Positions 8,847-19,922 of a stretch of 53,978 nucleotides of DNA are shown piece by piece (the stretch's first letter is position 1; each line of letters begins with the position of its first letter). Position numbers and translations under genes: made by a program. The DNA is from Ktedonobacterales bacterium (GTDB lineage: Bacteria; Chloroflexota; Ktedonobacteria; Ktedonobacterales; Ktedonobacteraceae), in contig JBBPYR010000187.1 of the NCBI GenBank assembly GCA_038199755.1, forward strand, positions 1-53,978, in the 5' to 3' direction. The notes beneath the pieces were generated by a model, which was not told where the DNA came from, did no database searches, and worked only from the letters and a program-made list of their open reading frames with translations.

Positions 8847-10505
8847 ATGGCACGTGATTGGTCAAAAAGAACACAAAAAGCGAATGAAGAATCGGCAAAA
8901 AGCGAACGCGCCAAAGCAAGAGCGCGTCAAGAGCAGGTGCCACCAATAGTACGCTCTCCCGCATTGGAGTCAGCGGAAAAAGAGCGTGCTCAGGACCAGG
9001 CGAAGAAGGGCACAGCTCGTGCCAATTTGCGCCCACATCGTGATGCCAACTCTGTGCGCTACGCAGCAGAGGAAACGCTTGTCCGACCATCATTACCGCG
9101 TAAAAGCCTACCACGCCAGAAAAACATTCTTGGCCGCGCCGGTGCTCTTGACATACCTTCTGTGCGCCAGAACATACAGCCGCGCTCCGGCATCACCGCA
9201 GCTTGGCGTCTACGTACGCCAGAGGCTGCCTCGGCACCCAAGCAAGAGGCTGAATATCCCAGCATTAGCGAGGAAGAGAAGAAAAAACTTGCCGAGCTAG
9301 AAATGCGCTTACCGCGTGTAGCTGGCAAAATTGATGCATGGTTACTCATTGTGGTCATAGCCCTGATCTGCCTTGGACTCATCATGGTCTTTAGTTCCAG
9401 CTCTTTTATCGCCGCCCAGTACTATGGTGATGCATCCTACTTCTTCCAGAAGCAGTTACTGTGGGTCATCATCGGCATTCCGGTGATGCTCGTCACCATG
9501 CGTATAGATTATCGTCTGTGGCGGCGTTTCTCGCTGGTTGGCCTGATTATCGTTGTGCCAATGCTGGTCCTTGTGCTCAAGTTTGGTACAACCACCTATG
9601 GAGCCTCGCGCTGGTTCAAACTAGGCTTTGCCTCTTTTCAACCAAGCGAATTTGCCAAACTCGTGTTGGCCTTATACATCGCAGATTGGTTGGCTCGCAA
9701 AGGCAAACAGGTCAGCACCTTCCTTTACGGACTGGCTCCATTTATTATCCTTCTTGGTGTCATTCTCGGATTGGTGTTGCTGGAAAACGACATGGGAACC
9801 GCCATCATCATCGCGGGTCTCGCGGCAGCCATGTTCTTTACAGCAGGCGCAAATATCATACAGTTTCTGCTCGCGATGGCTGGCGGTGGCGTGGTCTTTT
9901 TCCTGCAGGCCATCTTCAAAGCTTATCGCTATGCACGTTTGATTGGCTTTCTCAATCCCTTCAAGGGCATTTATGATCTTAACTTACAACTCTATCAATC
10001 ATTATTAGCACTGGGGTCCGGTGGCTTGTTCGGCGTTGGTCTGGGTGCCAGCCGCCAGAAGACAGGCTACTTGCCATTTCCTTATAGCGACTCGATCTTC
10101 GCCATTCTCGGTGAAGAACTCGGTTTTATTGGTTCTGCTCTTATCATTGCGCTTTTCCTTTTCCTGGCGTTCCGGGGCTTCCGCCTCGCACGCCGCACGC
10201 CGGACATCTACGGCGCACTACTGGCAACAGGCATCACAACATGGTTGGTGTTACAGGCATTGATTAACATCGGTGCCTCGACCGGCTCCATCCCATATAC
10301 GGGTGTTCCGCTACCGTTTATCAGTTTCGGTGGTTCATCGCTGGTCATCTCTATGGGTGCCATCGGTGTACTACTCAATATCTCTCGTTATATTCAGGAG
10401 CCAGAAGTTCCCGCGCTCTCTCGTCGCACCATTGCCATTGGCAAGAATACTATCGCAAAGAAGACGAAAAAGCGCTCGGCTACGGCTTCGGCAACCAACT
10501 CGTAG
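8847..10505 (+). CDS. ftsW: Peptidoglycan glycosyltransferase FtsW (SEDS family), with a roughly 150-aa basic N-terminal extension
   Basis: The SEDS core starts near the MRLPRVAGKIDAWLLIVV motif and has a multi-TM FtsW/RodA pattern (GASRWFKLGFASFQPSEFAKL...). The true start could be the internal ATG at 9303. Confidence 0.8.
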   Translation: MARDWSKRTQKANEESAKSERAKARARQEQVPPIVRSPALESAEKERAQDQAKKGTARANLRPHRDANSVRYAAEETLVRPSLPRKSLPRQKNILGRAGALDIPSVRQNIQPRSGITAAWRLRTPEAASAPKQEAEYPSISEEEKKKLAELEMRLPRVAGKIDAWLLIVVIALICLGLIMVFSSSSFIAAQYYGDASYFFQKQLLWVIIGIPVMLVTMRIDYRLWRRFSLVGLIIVVPMLVLVLKFGTTTYGASRWFKLGFASFQPSEFAKLVLALYIADWLARKGKQVSTFLYGLAPFIILLGVILGLVLLENDMGTAIIIAGLAAAMFFTAGANIIQFLLAMAGGGVVFFLQAIFKAYRYARLIGFLNPFKGIYDLNLQLYQSLLALGSGGLFGVGLGASRQKTGYLPFPYSDSIFAILGEELGFIGSALIIALFLFLAFRGFRLARRTPDIYGALLATGITTWLVLQALINIGASTGSIPYTGVPLPFISFGGSSLVISMGAIGVLLNISRYIQEPEVPALSRRTIAIGKNTIAKKTKKRSATASATNS

Positions 10506-10579
10506 GCGTGGGGCCTTGCCCCTATGGAAACGTTCATTACTAGTTCTGGTTATTGTTTTAATAAAACCTTTAGGACCAT

Positions 10580-11740
10580 ATGAAAGTACTTATATCTGGC
10601 GGCGGTACTGGCGGGCATATTTATCCAGCCCTAGCGGTAGCGCAGCAACTACAACAAGAATATCAGGCAGACATTCTCTATCTCGGTAGCGACGATGGTC
10701 TAGAAACCTCATTGATTCCCGCGGCTGGCCTGCGCCTCGCGCTCATTAAGGCTGGCAAGCTGCAACGTTTTATGTCGTGGCGTACAGTAACCGACGTAGC
10801 GCGTATTCCTGTAGGGATGGCCCAGGCCATCAACATTGTCCGTCAGTTTCATCCTGACGTGGCATTCACCAGTGGCGGCTATGTCGCAGTCCCCGCCGGG
10901 CTTGCCGCTCGTCTGAACGGTGTCCCATTCCTAATGCACCAGCAAGACGTGCCGCCAAACCTGTCGAATCGCTTGCTAGCACCCTTAGCAACACGTATCT
11001 CAGTCGCGTTTGCTGACTCGCTGCCCTACTTTCCGGCGCACAAAACCGTGCAACTCGGCAACCCGATGCGCCAAGCCATTCTAGACATACGGCAGCAATC
11101 GTCACAGCAGGCACGTGCTACACTCGGCATGTCAGCAAACTTGCCCTTGCTGCTCGTGACAGGTGGCAGCCAGGGAGCGCGACACCTGAATCAAACCGTC
11201 TGTGATGCCTTACCCGAACTCTTGCAGTTTTGCCAAGTTCTACAGATCAGTGGCCCAAAACTCTTCGCGGAGACGCGTGATCGCGCCAATTCCACCCTGA
11301 GTAGCCTGAGTGAGGAGTTGCAGCAGCGTTATCGTCTCGTGGCCTACATGGACGAAGACATGCCACTAGCATTACAAAGCGCAACGGTCATCCTTTGTCG
11401 TGCCGGAGCCTCAACGCTGAGTGAACTGGCAGTACTTGGCAAGCCGAGCATTCTGGTGCCATTGCCGCCAGCTATCGGCAACTCGCCACAAGAGGCCAAC
11501 GCCGCCATGTTTGGTAACAAGCAGGCCGCCGAAGTTATCTCTGATACAGATCTGAAACCCGAATTACTTGTAATGCGTGTCAAATCTATAACTACCTCTT
11601 TTACATCTTTGCAGCATATGGCTGAGGCTGTCAGCTCGTTTGCACGGCCAGACGCCACGCAAGACATTGTGAAACAGGTTGTGCAGTTAGCAAAAAAAAC
11701 AACAACCCTAACATCCCGACGCGAGGTATTAAGCATTTGA
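10580..11740 (+). CDS. murG: UDP-N-acetylglucosamine--N-acetylmuramyl-(pentapeptide) pyrophosphoryl-undecaprenol GlcNAc transferase MurG
   Basis: MKVLISGGGTGGHIYPALAVAQQL at the N-terminus and a GT28 C-terminal domain. Confidence 0.9.
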   Translation: MKVLISGGGTGGHIYPALAVAQQLQQEYQADILYLGSDDGLETSLIPAAGLRLALIKAGKLQRFMSWRTVTDVARIPVGMAQAINIVRQFHPDVAFTSGGYVAVPAGLAARLNGVPFLMHQQDVPPNLSNRLLAPLATRISVAFADSLPYFPAHKTVQLGNPMRQAILDIRQQSSQQARATLGMSANLPLLLVTGGSQGARHLNQTVCDALPELLQFCQVLQISGPKLFAETRDRANSTLSSLSEELQQRYRLVAYMDEDMPLALQSATVILCRAGASTLSELAVLGKPSILVPLPPAIGNSPQEANAAMFGNKQAAEVISDTDLKPELLVMRVKSITTSFTSLQHMAEAVSSFARPDATQDIVKQVVQLAKKTTTLTSRREVLSI

Positions 11741-13278
11741 GCAAGTCACGATTGCATTTCATGGGCATTGGCGGTCAAGGTATCTCGGCGATAGCGCAGA
11801 TGGCGCAAATCGCTGGTGAGACCGTGAGCGGTTGCGACCAGCGTGCATCTGCCACCACTCAAGCCTTGGAGCGCGTCGGAATTCCTATCGCCATCGGGCA
11901 CGATGCAGCACATCTTGCAGATATCGATACGCTGGTAATTAGCCCGGCAATTCCTGCCCTCGACCCACACAACCCAGAGTTGGTGGCGGCACGCGAAGAG
12001 GGGAAGCGCGTCATCACATGGCAAGAATTGCTTGGCGACCTGATGCACGATAAATGTGTCCTTTCCGTCAGTGGTGTGCATGGCAAAGGCACCGCCACCG
12101 CCATGCTCTCACTCATGCTGGTTGATGCTGGGCTTGATCCAACCTGCGAGATTGGTGCCATTGTGCCGCGTTTCGCCGCCAACTATCGCCTGGGCAAGAG
12201 CCAGTATTTTGTCAACGAAGCCGACGAGTTCAACCATAATTTCTGGCACTATCACCCACGCCTGGTGATCGTGACCTCTATTGAGTTTGAGCATCCAGAA
12301 TTCTTCGCTGACTACGAGGCCTTTATGAATGCCTTCGTGCATTTTATCCGTGGCATGGACATGCACAGCGACTGGCCCTTACCGCCAACGCTTATTCTCA
12401 ATGCCGATAGCCCTGGTTGCCTGGACCTGCAACAGCGACTCAGCGATTGGCCAGGACAGATCGTCCACTATCGCATTGCCATGAATAGTGCAGACACAAG
12501 CGAAACATCTGCAACAAGTGAAACAATGCTAGTAGAAAAACAAAGCAGTGAAACGCCAACTCAAGCGAAAAACCATGCAACCTACGTTGCATTTGATATA
12601 CGACTGGATGGTGAAACGAGCTTTCGTGTGCGCACAGATCAGGTTGGCGAAGCGTCACGGACAGAGGAGCCAACCATCCATTTACAGTTGCCAGGCATAC
12701 CGAACATTCAAAACAGCCTAGCCGCGTTTGCCGCGGCATCAATGCTAGGAATAGATGTCCAGACCATCAAGCACACCCTAGAGGGTTTTAGCGGCATACG
12801 GAGACGTTTTGAAATTCGTCACCAGGGTCCGCTGACACTCAACGGGCGCGTCGCCGATATTCTGCTGATCGATGATTACGCACACCATCCGACAGCGATT
12901 GCCGCGGCTATTGAAGCCACACGCCGTCGCTATCCAGGGCATCGCATCGTAGCCGTCTATCAACCGCATATGTATAGTCGTACCAAAACATTTTTTGCGC
13001 AATTCTTATCTGCATTCGATAGTGCCGATAGTATCATTATTGCCGATATTTTTCCGGCACGAGAGCACGATACCGGACTTGTGCATGCACGCGATTTGGT
13101 CGCGGCCATGACACAACGTTCAGCTACACAAAGACAAGTCCAGCACAGTGGCAGCATAGCAGCCACAACCACACTCTTACAGCAGCACCTGCGTACAGGT
13201 GATGTTGTGCTGATTATGGGTGCGGGCGATATCTATCTCGTAACGGAAAACCTGTTACGTGGAGCAAAGCAAGCATAA
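11737..13278 (+). CDS. murC: UDP-N-acetylmuramate--L-alanine ligase MurC
   Basis: LHFMGIGGQGISAIA, the Mur ligase central domain (SVSGVHGKGTATAM) and C-terminal domain. The TTG start overlaps the murG stop; an alternative ATG lies at 11761. Confidence 0.88.
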   Translation: MSKSRLHFMGIGGQGISAIAQMAQIAGETVSGCDQRASATTQALERVGIPIAIGHDAAHLADIDTLVISPAIPALDPHNPELVAAREEGKRVITWQELLGDLMHDKCVLSVSGVHGKGTATAMLSLMLVDAGLDPTCEIGAIVPRFAANYRLGKSQYFVNEADEFNHNFWHYHPRLVIVTSIEFEHPEFFADYEAFMNAFVHFIRGMDMHSDWPLPPTLILNADSPGCLDLQQRLSDWPGQIVHYRIAMNSADTSETSATSETMLVEKQSSETPTQAKNHATYVAFDIRLDGETSFRVRTDQVGEASRTEEPTIHLQLPGIPNIQNSLAAFAAASMLGIDVQTIKHTLEGFSGIRRRFEIRHQGPLTLNGRVADILLIDDYAHHPTAIAAAIEATRRRYPGHRIVAVYQPHMYSRTKTFFAQFLSAFDSADSIIIADIFPAREHDTGLVHARDLVAAMTQRSATQRQVQHSGSIAATTTLLQQHLRTGDVVLIMGAGDIYLVTENLLRGAKQA

Positions 13279-13292
13279 AAAGGATTGTACAG

Positions 13293-14330
13293 ATGACATT
13301 TGAGACCGAGACAGCCTATAACGAACTACACACACACTTTGGTAAGCGGGTGAAGCGCGAAGAACCCTTAGCGCGTCACAGCACCTTTGGTGTGGGCGGC
13401 GTTGCTGATCTCTGGATCTCACTCGACACACGTGCAGACCTTATCAGTCTGGTCTCGCTCTGCGCTGATCGTCAATGGCCGTTATTGTTCGCGGGCAATG
13501 GCACTAACGTGCTGTATGCCGATACAGGCGTGCGTGGCATTGTCGCCCGCATAGCCCTCAATGGCTACACTATTGAAGATCAAGGCAATGGCCATGCACT
13601 CTTACAAGCAGAGGCTGGCGTGAGTTGGCCGCGCTTGCTGAACGAGTTAGCTCCCATGGGCTGGGGAGGGCTAGAATTTGGCCCAGGCATCCCTGGCACC
13701 CTTGGTGGCGGCGTCATCAGCAATGCAGGAGCGCACAACAGTGATTTGGGGCGTGTCCTTGAGTGGGTTGAAGTATTGGATGCACGAGCAAGCGATGCAG
13801 GTGACAGCAACCCACACAGCATCGCACCCGTCACGCTACGCTACGCCCATGATGAGTTAGATCTGGCCTATCGTCATAGCCGTTTTCGCGCACAACGACG
13901 TGTGCAATTTGATGAACATGGCTATCCTGTAGCGGCTCCACGCAAACTCATCGAGCCATCCGAAATTATCTTGCAGTTGGGCATTCAGCTTCATCACGAA
14001 GACCCGCAACAACTGCGTCAGACCATAGAGGCACATAAACAACATCGCAAGACGACCCAGCCCGTGCAACAAAGCGCAGGCTCCGTCTTCAAAAACCCGC
14101 TGGGGGATCACGCGGGACGACTCATCGAGGCCGTAGGCCTGAAAGGGGCAAAACATGGGGGCGCACAAATTTCACAGCGTCACGCGAACTTTATTGTCAA
14201 TGTAGGCGGCGCAAGTGCGGCAGACGTTGCCGCACTCATTCAGGTGGCACACAACCGCGTCAAAGAACAATTTGGTGTGGAGTTGGAGCTAGAAGTGGAA
14301 TTGCGCGGAGAGTGGAAGGTATTATCATGA
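13293..14330 (+). CDS. murB: UDP-N-acetylenolpyruvoylglucosamine reductase MurB
   Basis: FAD-binding PCMH domain (TFGVGGVADLW...) and a MurB C-terminal domain. Confidence 0.88.
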   Translation: MTFETETAYNELHTHFGKRVKREEPLARHSTFGVGGVADLWISLDTRADLISLVSLCADRQWPLLFAGNGTNVLYADTGVRGIVARIALNGYTIEDQGNGHALLQAEAGVSWPRLLNELAPMGWGGLEFGPGIPGTLGGGVISNAGAHNSDLGRVLEWVEVLDARASDAGDSNPHSIAPVTLRYAHDELDLAYRHSRFRAQRRVQFDEHGYPVAAPRKLIEPSEIILQLGIQLHHEDPQQLRQTIEAHKQHRKTTQPVQQSAGSVFKNPLGDHAGRLIEAVGLKGAKHGGAQISQRHANFIVNVGGASAADVAALIQVAHNRVKEQFGVELELEVELRGEWKVLS

Positions 14331-15505
14331 CGGAGAAAAAACCACTACGAGAACAAAGAGCCTCATATAGCTATGGACAACAGGAGCGGCAGCAACAGCG
14401 CGAACAGCAGCAGCCCCTGATGTCTGAAGCAAGGGTTGCCCGCCCAGGCAACAGACATGAGCTAGCGGACAATGACGTTGTACAATCACGAAAACGCAAT
14501 GTTGTAATGACACCACAGGCTGACCCCTCGGCGGCGTGGAATACCTTCGCGCAACGCCAGGAGGAGCGCAGGCGCGCACGGGCACAACCGCGCACCTATA
14601 CACGGTTAGTGCCGCGCACCTTTGCCCAGACAGGCATACACGCATCCAGCGGACGTATCCCTGCGGTCAAACGCCTATCGGCACAAAATAACTCACCTAT
14701 TCCGACCCGTAGCGGACGTGTTGTCGCCAAACGCAACTGGTTCTTGCGCATTCTCGCCCTGCTCTTTGGCAGTACAGCGATTATCTTGGCCGCAACCTTT
14801 GTCTTCACCAGCAACGCGTTTCGCATCGAGCAGGTCAATGTCAGCGGTACCCATAACCAGACACTGATCGACGCCATTCAGCGCATGGGCATGCAGAAAC
14901 AAAACATCTTCCTGGTCAATGTTACTGCCATTACCAGCCAGGTAGAAGCGTATCCACTCGTCGCCTCAGCCAGTCTGAGCAAACAGTGGCCCAACCAGTT
15001 ACTCATCAACGTTGTTGAGCGACAGCCTGTTCTCCTCTGGCAAACCACCCAGGGGACATACAGTGTCGATAGCCAGGGCGTAGTCATCGCCCGCGCCAGC
15101 GACACTATTGGCATTGATCGCCTGATGACCGTCGTCGATACACGGGTACAGAACAAAAATCAGATCATACACCCTGGAATGCGCTTAAATGCCAGCGACA
15201 TCGCCTTTGCCAGCAATGTATTCCAACGCCTACCACAGCTGATAGGCACAAGTACATTCAAGCTACGCTATGACGGTGGCTCAAAGGCCAACCAGAGCAG
15301 CAATACAACCAACATGACGACATATACCATTGAAAGTTCTTCTGGTTGGGTCGCCTATCTCGGCACCGCCGACGATAGCAATCCACTAGATAACCGTTTG
15401 ACCGAATTGCAGACCATTCTCTCACTGGCCCAGCAGCAGCAAATGTCGCTGGCAACCATCGACCTGCGCTATGGTCTGCATCCGGTCTACACCGTAAAAC
15501 CCTAA
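14312..15505 (+). CDS. ftsQ: Cell division protein FtsQ/DivIB with a long disordered N-terminus
   Basis: One TM helix (WFLRILALLFGSTAIILAATFVF), then a POTRA domain (FRIEQVNVSGTHNQTLIDAIQ...) and an FtsQ beta domain. It overlaps the murB 3' end. Confidence 0.7.
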   Translation: MEGIIMTEKKPLREQRASYSYGQQERQQQREQQQPLMSEARVARPGNRHELADNDVVQSRKRNVVMTPQADPSAAWNTFAQRQEERRRARAQPRTYTRLVPRTFAQTGIHASSGRIPAVKRLSAQNNSPIPTRSGRVVAKRNWFLRILALLFGSTAIILAATFVFTSNAFRIEQVNVSGTHNQTLIDAIQRMGMQKQNIFLVNVTAITSQVEAYPLVASASLSKQWPNQLLINVVERQPVLLWQTTQGTYSVDSQGVVIARASDTIGIDRLMTVVDTRVQNKNQIIHPGMRLNASDIAFASNVFQRLPQLIGTSTFKLRYDGGSKANQSSNTTNMTTYTIESSSGWVAYLGTADDSNPLDNRLTELQTILSLAQQQQMSLATIDLRYGLHPVYTVKP

Positions 15506-15528
15506 AACATTTTCGTAGTGCGTCTCAC

Positions 15529-16791
15529 ATGGACCGCCCAATAGGAGCGAATATCGTGCAAGAGCGGGTGATTGTTGGTATCGACGTTGGCACAACAAAG
15601 ATCTGCGTCCTCGTCGGCGAGTTAGATCGTGACGGGAAGCTGAATATTGTTGGCGTCGGCACCTGCCCTTCGCAAGGGTTACGCCGCGGGGTGGTAGTGA
15701 ACATTGAAGAGACGGTCACTTCCATCGCGGCGGCGTTAGATCGTGCGGAGCGGCTTTCTGGTAAAAAAATTACATCGGCCTACGTCGGTATCGCGGGAAG
15801 CCATATCGAATCGGAGAATAGCAAAGGCTTCGTCGCTATCTCGCCTAGCCATCGCGATATCGTTCAGAACGATATCAGCCGCGCTATCGAGGTGGCACGC
15901 GCCATCGCCATCCCAGCCAACCGCGAGGTGATTCACGTCATCCCTCGTGGCTACGTCGTGGATGGACAGGAGGGCATTAAAAACCCGATTGGCATGTCCG
16001 GTTTTCGCCTGGAAGTAGAGACGCACATCATCACCGGCGCGGTATCTTCCATCAACAATCTCATCAAGTGCGTCCATAAGGCACAGGTCGAGATCGAAGA
16101 CCTCGTGTTAGAGCCGCTCGCCTCTAGCGAGGCGGTGCTAGCGGATGGCGAAACAGATCTGGGTGTGGCTCTCGTTGACATCGGCGGTGGCACCACTGAT
16201 ATCGCCGTCTTCACCGACGGTGCTATTTGGCAATCAGTGGTGCTACCCATCGGTGGCAACCATGTGACCAATGACATCGCTATTGGCCTACGCCTACCCT
16301 TCGCGGTTGCCGAGGAATTGAAAATCACCTATGGACATTGTGACCCTGCAGCCATCGACGATGATGACATGATTGACCTGTCACAGTTCATGCCCGATTG
16401 CAATGATCTCGTGCCGCGCAAATTGCTTGCGGAAATCATTCAGGCCCGTGTCGAAGAACTCTTCAGCATGGTCCACGAAGAAATCAAAAAAGCTGGCTAT
16501 GATGGGCTTCTTCCCGCAGGATTAGTAGTGACGGGTGGCTGCGCAGAGCTACCAGGCATTCTCAACCTCGCGGGCCAAACACTCGATTTACCTGCTCGCA
16601 TCGGCTCGCCGCTCGGCCTGCACGGGTTGGCTGACTCTATCAGCCGTCCCGCCTATGCTACCGCCGTCGGCCTGCTACTTTGGGGGCTACGCCATACCTC
16701 TCTTCTCATCGATGAGGAGGAGCCAGAGACGCAAGAAACGAACGATGTCTTCTCTCGTCTCGGCCGTTGGCTACGTGCATTCATTCCATAA
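15529..16791 (+). CDS. ftsA: Cell division protein FtsA
   Basis: Actin-like ATPase fold (VGIDVGTTKICVLVGE...DIGGGTTDIAVF). Confidence 0.9.
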   Translation: MDRPIGANIVQERVIVGIDVGTTKICVLVGELDRDGKLNIVGVGTCPSQGLRRGVVVNIEETVTSIAAALDRAERLSGKKITSAYVGIAGSHIESENSKGFVAISPSHRDIVQNDISRAIEVARAIAIPANREVIHVIPRGYVVDGQEGIKNPIGMSGFRLEVETHIITGAVSSINNLIKCVHKAQVEIEDLVLEPLASSEAVLADGETDLGVALVDIGGGTTDIAVFTDGAIWQSVVLPIGGNHVTNDIAIGLRLPFAVAEELKITYGHCDPAAIDDDDMIDLSQFMPDCNDLVPRKLLAEIIQARVEELFSMVHEEIKKAGYDGLLPAGLVVTGGCAELPGILNLAGQTLDLPARIGSPLGLHGLADSISRPAYATAVGLLLWGLRHTSLLIDEEEPETQETNDVFSRLGRWLRAFIP

Positions 16792-16810
16792 GCGATGAAA
16801 GACGCGGTTT

Positions 16811-16836
16811 CTGCTCTGTAGGGAGACAGAGCAGTT
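16811..16836 (+). terminator. Hairpin between ftsA and ftsZ, a partial terminator or RNA processing element
   Basis: ctgctctgt-aggga-gacagagcag forms a perfect 9-bp stem. Confidence 0.35.
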
Positions 16837-16893
16837 CCTCTGCTACATCTCGTTCGTCCTACAGTGTAGAACCTTGAAAGGGGCCACGGAGAT

Positions 16894-18630
16894 ATGTTAC
16901 CAATGGGAAATCATCAAATAGAAGGCTTCGCACAGATTCGTGTAATCGGCGTCGGTGGTGGAGGTAGCAATGCAGTCAATCGTATGATTCAGGCAAATAT
17001 GATGGGCATTGAATTTATTGCTATCAACACCGATGCCCAAGCTCTGCTTCTGACCGAGGCTGCACATCGCATCCGCATCGGCGATAAGTTGACCCGTGGT
17101 CTCGGAGCTGGCGGCAACCCTAGCGTGGGTGGCAAAGCCGCCGAAGAGAACGCGGAAGAGATTTACGAAGCTCTTAAAGGCTCGGATATGGTGTTCATCA
17201 CCGCCGGTATGGGCGGTGGCACCGGCACCGGAGCCAGTCCTGTCGTCGCGCAAATCGCCCGCGAACTCGGCGCGCTCACCGTCGGCGTCGTCACGAAGCC
17301 CTTCACATTCGAGGGCAAGAAACGCCAACTCTCAGCCGAAGAGGGCATCGCCAATCTGAAACAACACGTCGATACCCTCATTACCGTACCGAACGACCGC
17401 CTCTTGCAGGTGGCCGACAAGCGCATGCCGCTCTCTGATGCCTTCCGCCTCGCGGATGACGTTCTCCGTCAAGGCATCCAGGGCATTAGCGACCTGATCA
17501 CTGTCCCAGGCTTGATTAACTTGGACTTCGCCGATGTGAAAACTATCATGTCTGCCGCAGGATCCGCGCTGATGGCGATTGGCGAGGGCACAGGCGACAC
17601 CCGCGCCATCGATGCCGCACAGATGGCGATTGCCAGCCCATTGCTCGACATCGATATCAGCGGTGCGCGTGGCGTGCTCTTCAACATCACAGGTGGTACC
17701 GACCTGACGCTGTATGAAGTCAATGAGGCTGCCGACATCATCAGCCGCGCCGCCCATCCAGAGGCCAATATCATCTTTGGGGCAGTGCAGGACAGCAAAT
17801 ATGATGGCAAGGTCAAAATCACGGTCATCGCGACTGGCTTTGACAATGTGCAGCATCCGCATGCACGTCAGTCAATTGCAACTCCACACCAGTACTCACA
17901 ACCACAGCAGCCCGTACGACCAGAGTATGATCGCAGCAAAATTTATCAGGTATCGCAGGCACAGTCCAACAACGGGGGTAATAGCAACAACGGCACGGGC
18001 AACACACCCACCCGTTCACCCTACGCTCAATCGCAGGGCTATGGCTCCTTGCCAATCACACCGCCGCCGCTCAATGTCTCGAACCATCCAACGGGACCGC
18101 TACCAAATAGGCAAGCGGCTCCCCCGTCAGTATCAACGCAACCTGAGCGCACCAATATGCGACCAAACATGAACGTACAGAATGGCATGGTTAGCTCGCT
18201 ACAGTCCGACACCGCCGGACGCATGCGCGTGGCCACACCACCAATGTCGGTTGCACAACCTGTTCAGCCCATGCAGCCTATGCAGCCGCCAGTATCAGTC
18301 ATGCAACAGCCCATGCAGCAAGCGCATAGCCAGGCTTACGATGCTGTTATGGACTACGAGGACCAAGAAGAGTTCACGCTACTCGACGAGCCTGTTGACT
18401 CGGCAGAGCAAAGGGGCGACACCTCACCCATCACCGATGGACACCGAGGACATAACCTCCCTGTCCCTGAGCCAGAGGCACAGCCGGTGCAACGTCCACC
18501 AGCCGCACAGCGTCCTATTCGCCGCGTAGACCGTAACGCCGCCGATATGCCGCGTAACAATCCGCCGCCGCGCAATAACCCGCCCTCCGGAGATGTCATC
18601 GACATCCCCGCCTTCCTACGCAAACGCTAA
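16894..18630 (+). CDS. ftsZ: Cell division GTPase FtsZ with a roughly 250-aa Pro/Gln-rich disordered C-terminal linker
   Basis: [13 protein letters not shown] and the tubulin signature [13 protein letters not shown] are present. The protein ends in the conserved C-terminal peptide [12 protein letters not shown]. Confidence 0.95.
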   Translation: MLPMGNHQIEGFAQIRVIGVGGGGSNAVNRMIQANMMGIEFIAINTDAQALLLTEAAHRIRIGDKLTRGLGAGGNPSVGGKAAEENAEEIYEALKGSDMVFITAGMGGGTGTGASPVVAQIARELGALTVGVVTKPFTFEGKKRQLSAEEGIANLKQHVDTLITVPNDRLLQVADKRMPLSDAFRLADDVLRQGIQGISDLITVPGLINLDFADVKTIMSAAGSALMAIGEGTGDTRAIDAAQMAIASPLLDIDISGARGVLFNITGGTDLTLYEVNEAADIISRAAHPEANIIFGAVQDSKYDGKVKITVIATGFDNVQHPHARQSIATPHQYSQPQQPVRPEYDRSKIYQVSQAQSNNGGNSNNGTGNTPTRSPYAQSQGYGSLPITPPPLNVSNHPTGPLPNRQAAPPSVSTQPERTNMRPNMNVQNGMVSSLQSDTAGRMRVATPPMSVAQPVQPMQPMQPPVSVMQQPMQQAHSQAYDAVMDYEDQEEFTLLDEPVDSAEQRGDTSPITDGHRGHNLPVPEPEAQPVQRPPAAQRPIRRVDRNAADMPRNNPPPRNNPPSGDVIDIPAFLRKR

Positions 18631-18680
18631 GGAAGCGATAAAGGCGATAAAACTCGGCTAGCTCCGCCTAATCTTGCCGT

Positions 18681-18711
18681 AACGCTCAGTTAACCGCTGA
18701 GCGTTACGCTT
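18681..18711. terminator. Hairpin between convergent ftsZ and the GT4 gene
   Basis: cgtaacgctcag-ttaaccg-ctgagcgttacg forms a perfect 12-bp stem followed by cttta. Confidence 0.55.
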
Positions 18712-19883
18712 TATATTGATGATCTTGTATTTGCACATATGCTTGCGTAGAGTTCCTCCCAACAGCTCAGCACCTTCTTGCTACTATGTTTGGCAATGAT
18801 ACGCAGACTTTCCTGTCCCATACGCTCGCGTAACGCTTCGTCTTGCAACAGCACATTGATAGCGTGTGCCAGTTCATCGCTTTGTCCAGGAGAGAAGAGC
18901 AAACCATTTTCGCCATCATGTACCAGTTCGGGCAATGCATAGGCATTCGCGGCAATCACAGCTAGACCACAAGCCATAGCCTCCATCGTGGAGAGGCTTT
19001 GCAACTCCGCCTCGGAAGGAATGACAAAGAGTGCCGCCTCACGCCGTAGGGCCAAAAGATCCTCATCTTGTACATATCCTAAAAAACTGACACGATGAGC
19101 AATACCAAGTTGAGTTGCCAATTTGCGCAGGCGCATCTCGTCTGGTCCAGCCCCCACCAGCACACAATGAGCATTATCCTGCACATGCGGGATGGCACGG
19201 AGCAGCACCTCGACGCGCTTCTCACTGCTCATACGATTCACATGGAGTATCAGAGGCTGCGTTTCTGGTAGGTGTAGACGTGAACGTAAGAATGGGGTGG
19301 ACGGTCCGGGCGAGAATTGATGCAAGTCAATACCGTTCGAGATGACAGCGGATGGCCTGCGCAAGCCTTGTTCGTGCAAGAGGTTGAGACCCGTCTGCGT
19401 TGGCACAGTGATGAACGTACACCGGCTGTAAAGGCTAGTGAGGTAGGCGTGGGTGAACAAACTGATGCCCTTGCCGATGAATGGGACAGAGGCAAGGGAG
19501 GGAAGCGTATTGACCGCCAGATAATGATTTGTAGCGATGACAGGCCTGCGCAAATGCCGACCCAATAGTTGTGCAAGCGTCCCCATAACGATTGGCGAAT
19601 GAATGTGAATGATATCAGGCTTAAGCTTTGTGAGCAACCTGTGCATGGTCACAAAGGGCCAGAGGGGAATGCGCTGACCCTTATAAGTTGGCCATTCAAA
19701 CGAGGCAAAACGATACACCCGCACCTTCTGCTCCAAAGCATGTCCATTGCGTGCCGTGGCACTGGGTGCTGCAACCCATACACGGTGCCCAAGTGCCGCA
19801 AGGCTTGTCGCTAGGCGATGGACAACAGTGGGCACGCCACCGGGCATGGGATGATACTGGTCGGTCACTAATACAATTCGCAT
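18711..19883 (-). CDS. Glycosyltransferase family 4 (GT4; Glyco_transf_4 + Glycos_transf_1 domains)
   Basis: MRIVLVTDQYHPMPGGVPTVVHRLATSLAALGHRV at the N-terminus. The C-terminal retaining-GT motif is FVIPSEAE...EAMACGLAVIA. Confidence 0.8.
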   Translation of the reverse strand: MRIVLVTDQYHPMPGGVPTVVHRLATSLAALGHRVWVAAPSATARNGHALEQKVRVYRFASFEWPTYKGQRIPLWPFVTMHRLLTKLKPDIIHIHSPIVMGTLAQLLGRHLRRPVIATNHYLAVNTLPSLASVPFIGKGISLFTHAYLTSLYSRCTFITVPTQTGLNLLHEQGLRRPSAVISNGIDLHQFSPGPSTPFLRSRLHLPETQPLILHVNRMSSEKRVEVLLRAIPHVQDNAHCVLVGAGPDEMRLRKLATQLGIAHRVSFLGYVQDEDLLALRREAALFVIPSEAELQSLSTMEAMACGLAVIAANAYALPELVHDGENGLLFSPGQSDELAHAINVLLQDEALRERMGQESLRIIAKHSSKKVLSCWEELYASICANTRSSI

Positions 19884-19922
19884 AACATTCCACTTTCTGT
19901 TCGATACATCGCCATTGTACCA

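Noticed and set aside
17332-18236. Several minus-strand ORFs inside ftsZ.
   Set aside because: They are antisense shadows of a high-GC, low-complexity coding region. ftsZ is unambiguous.
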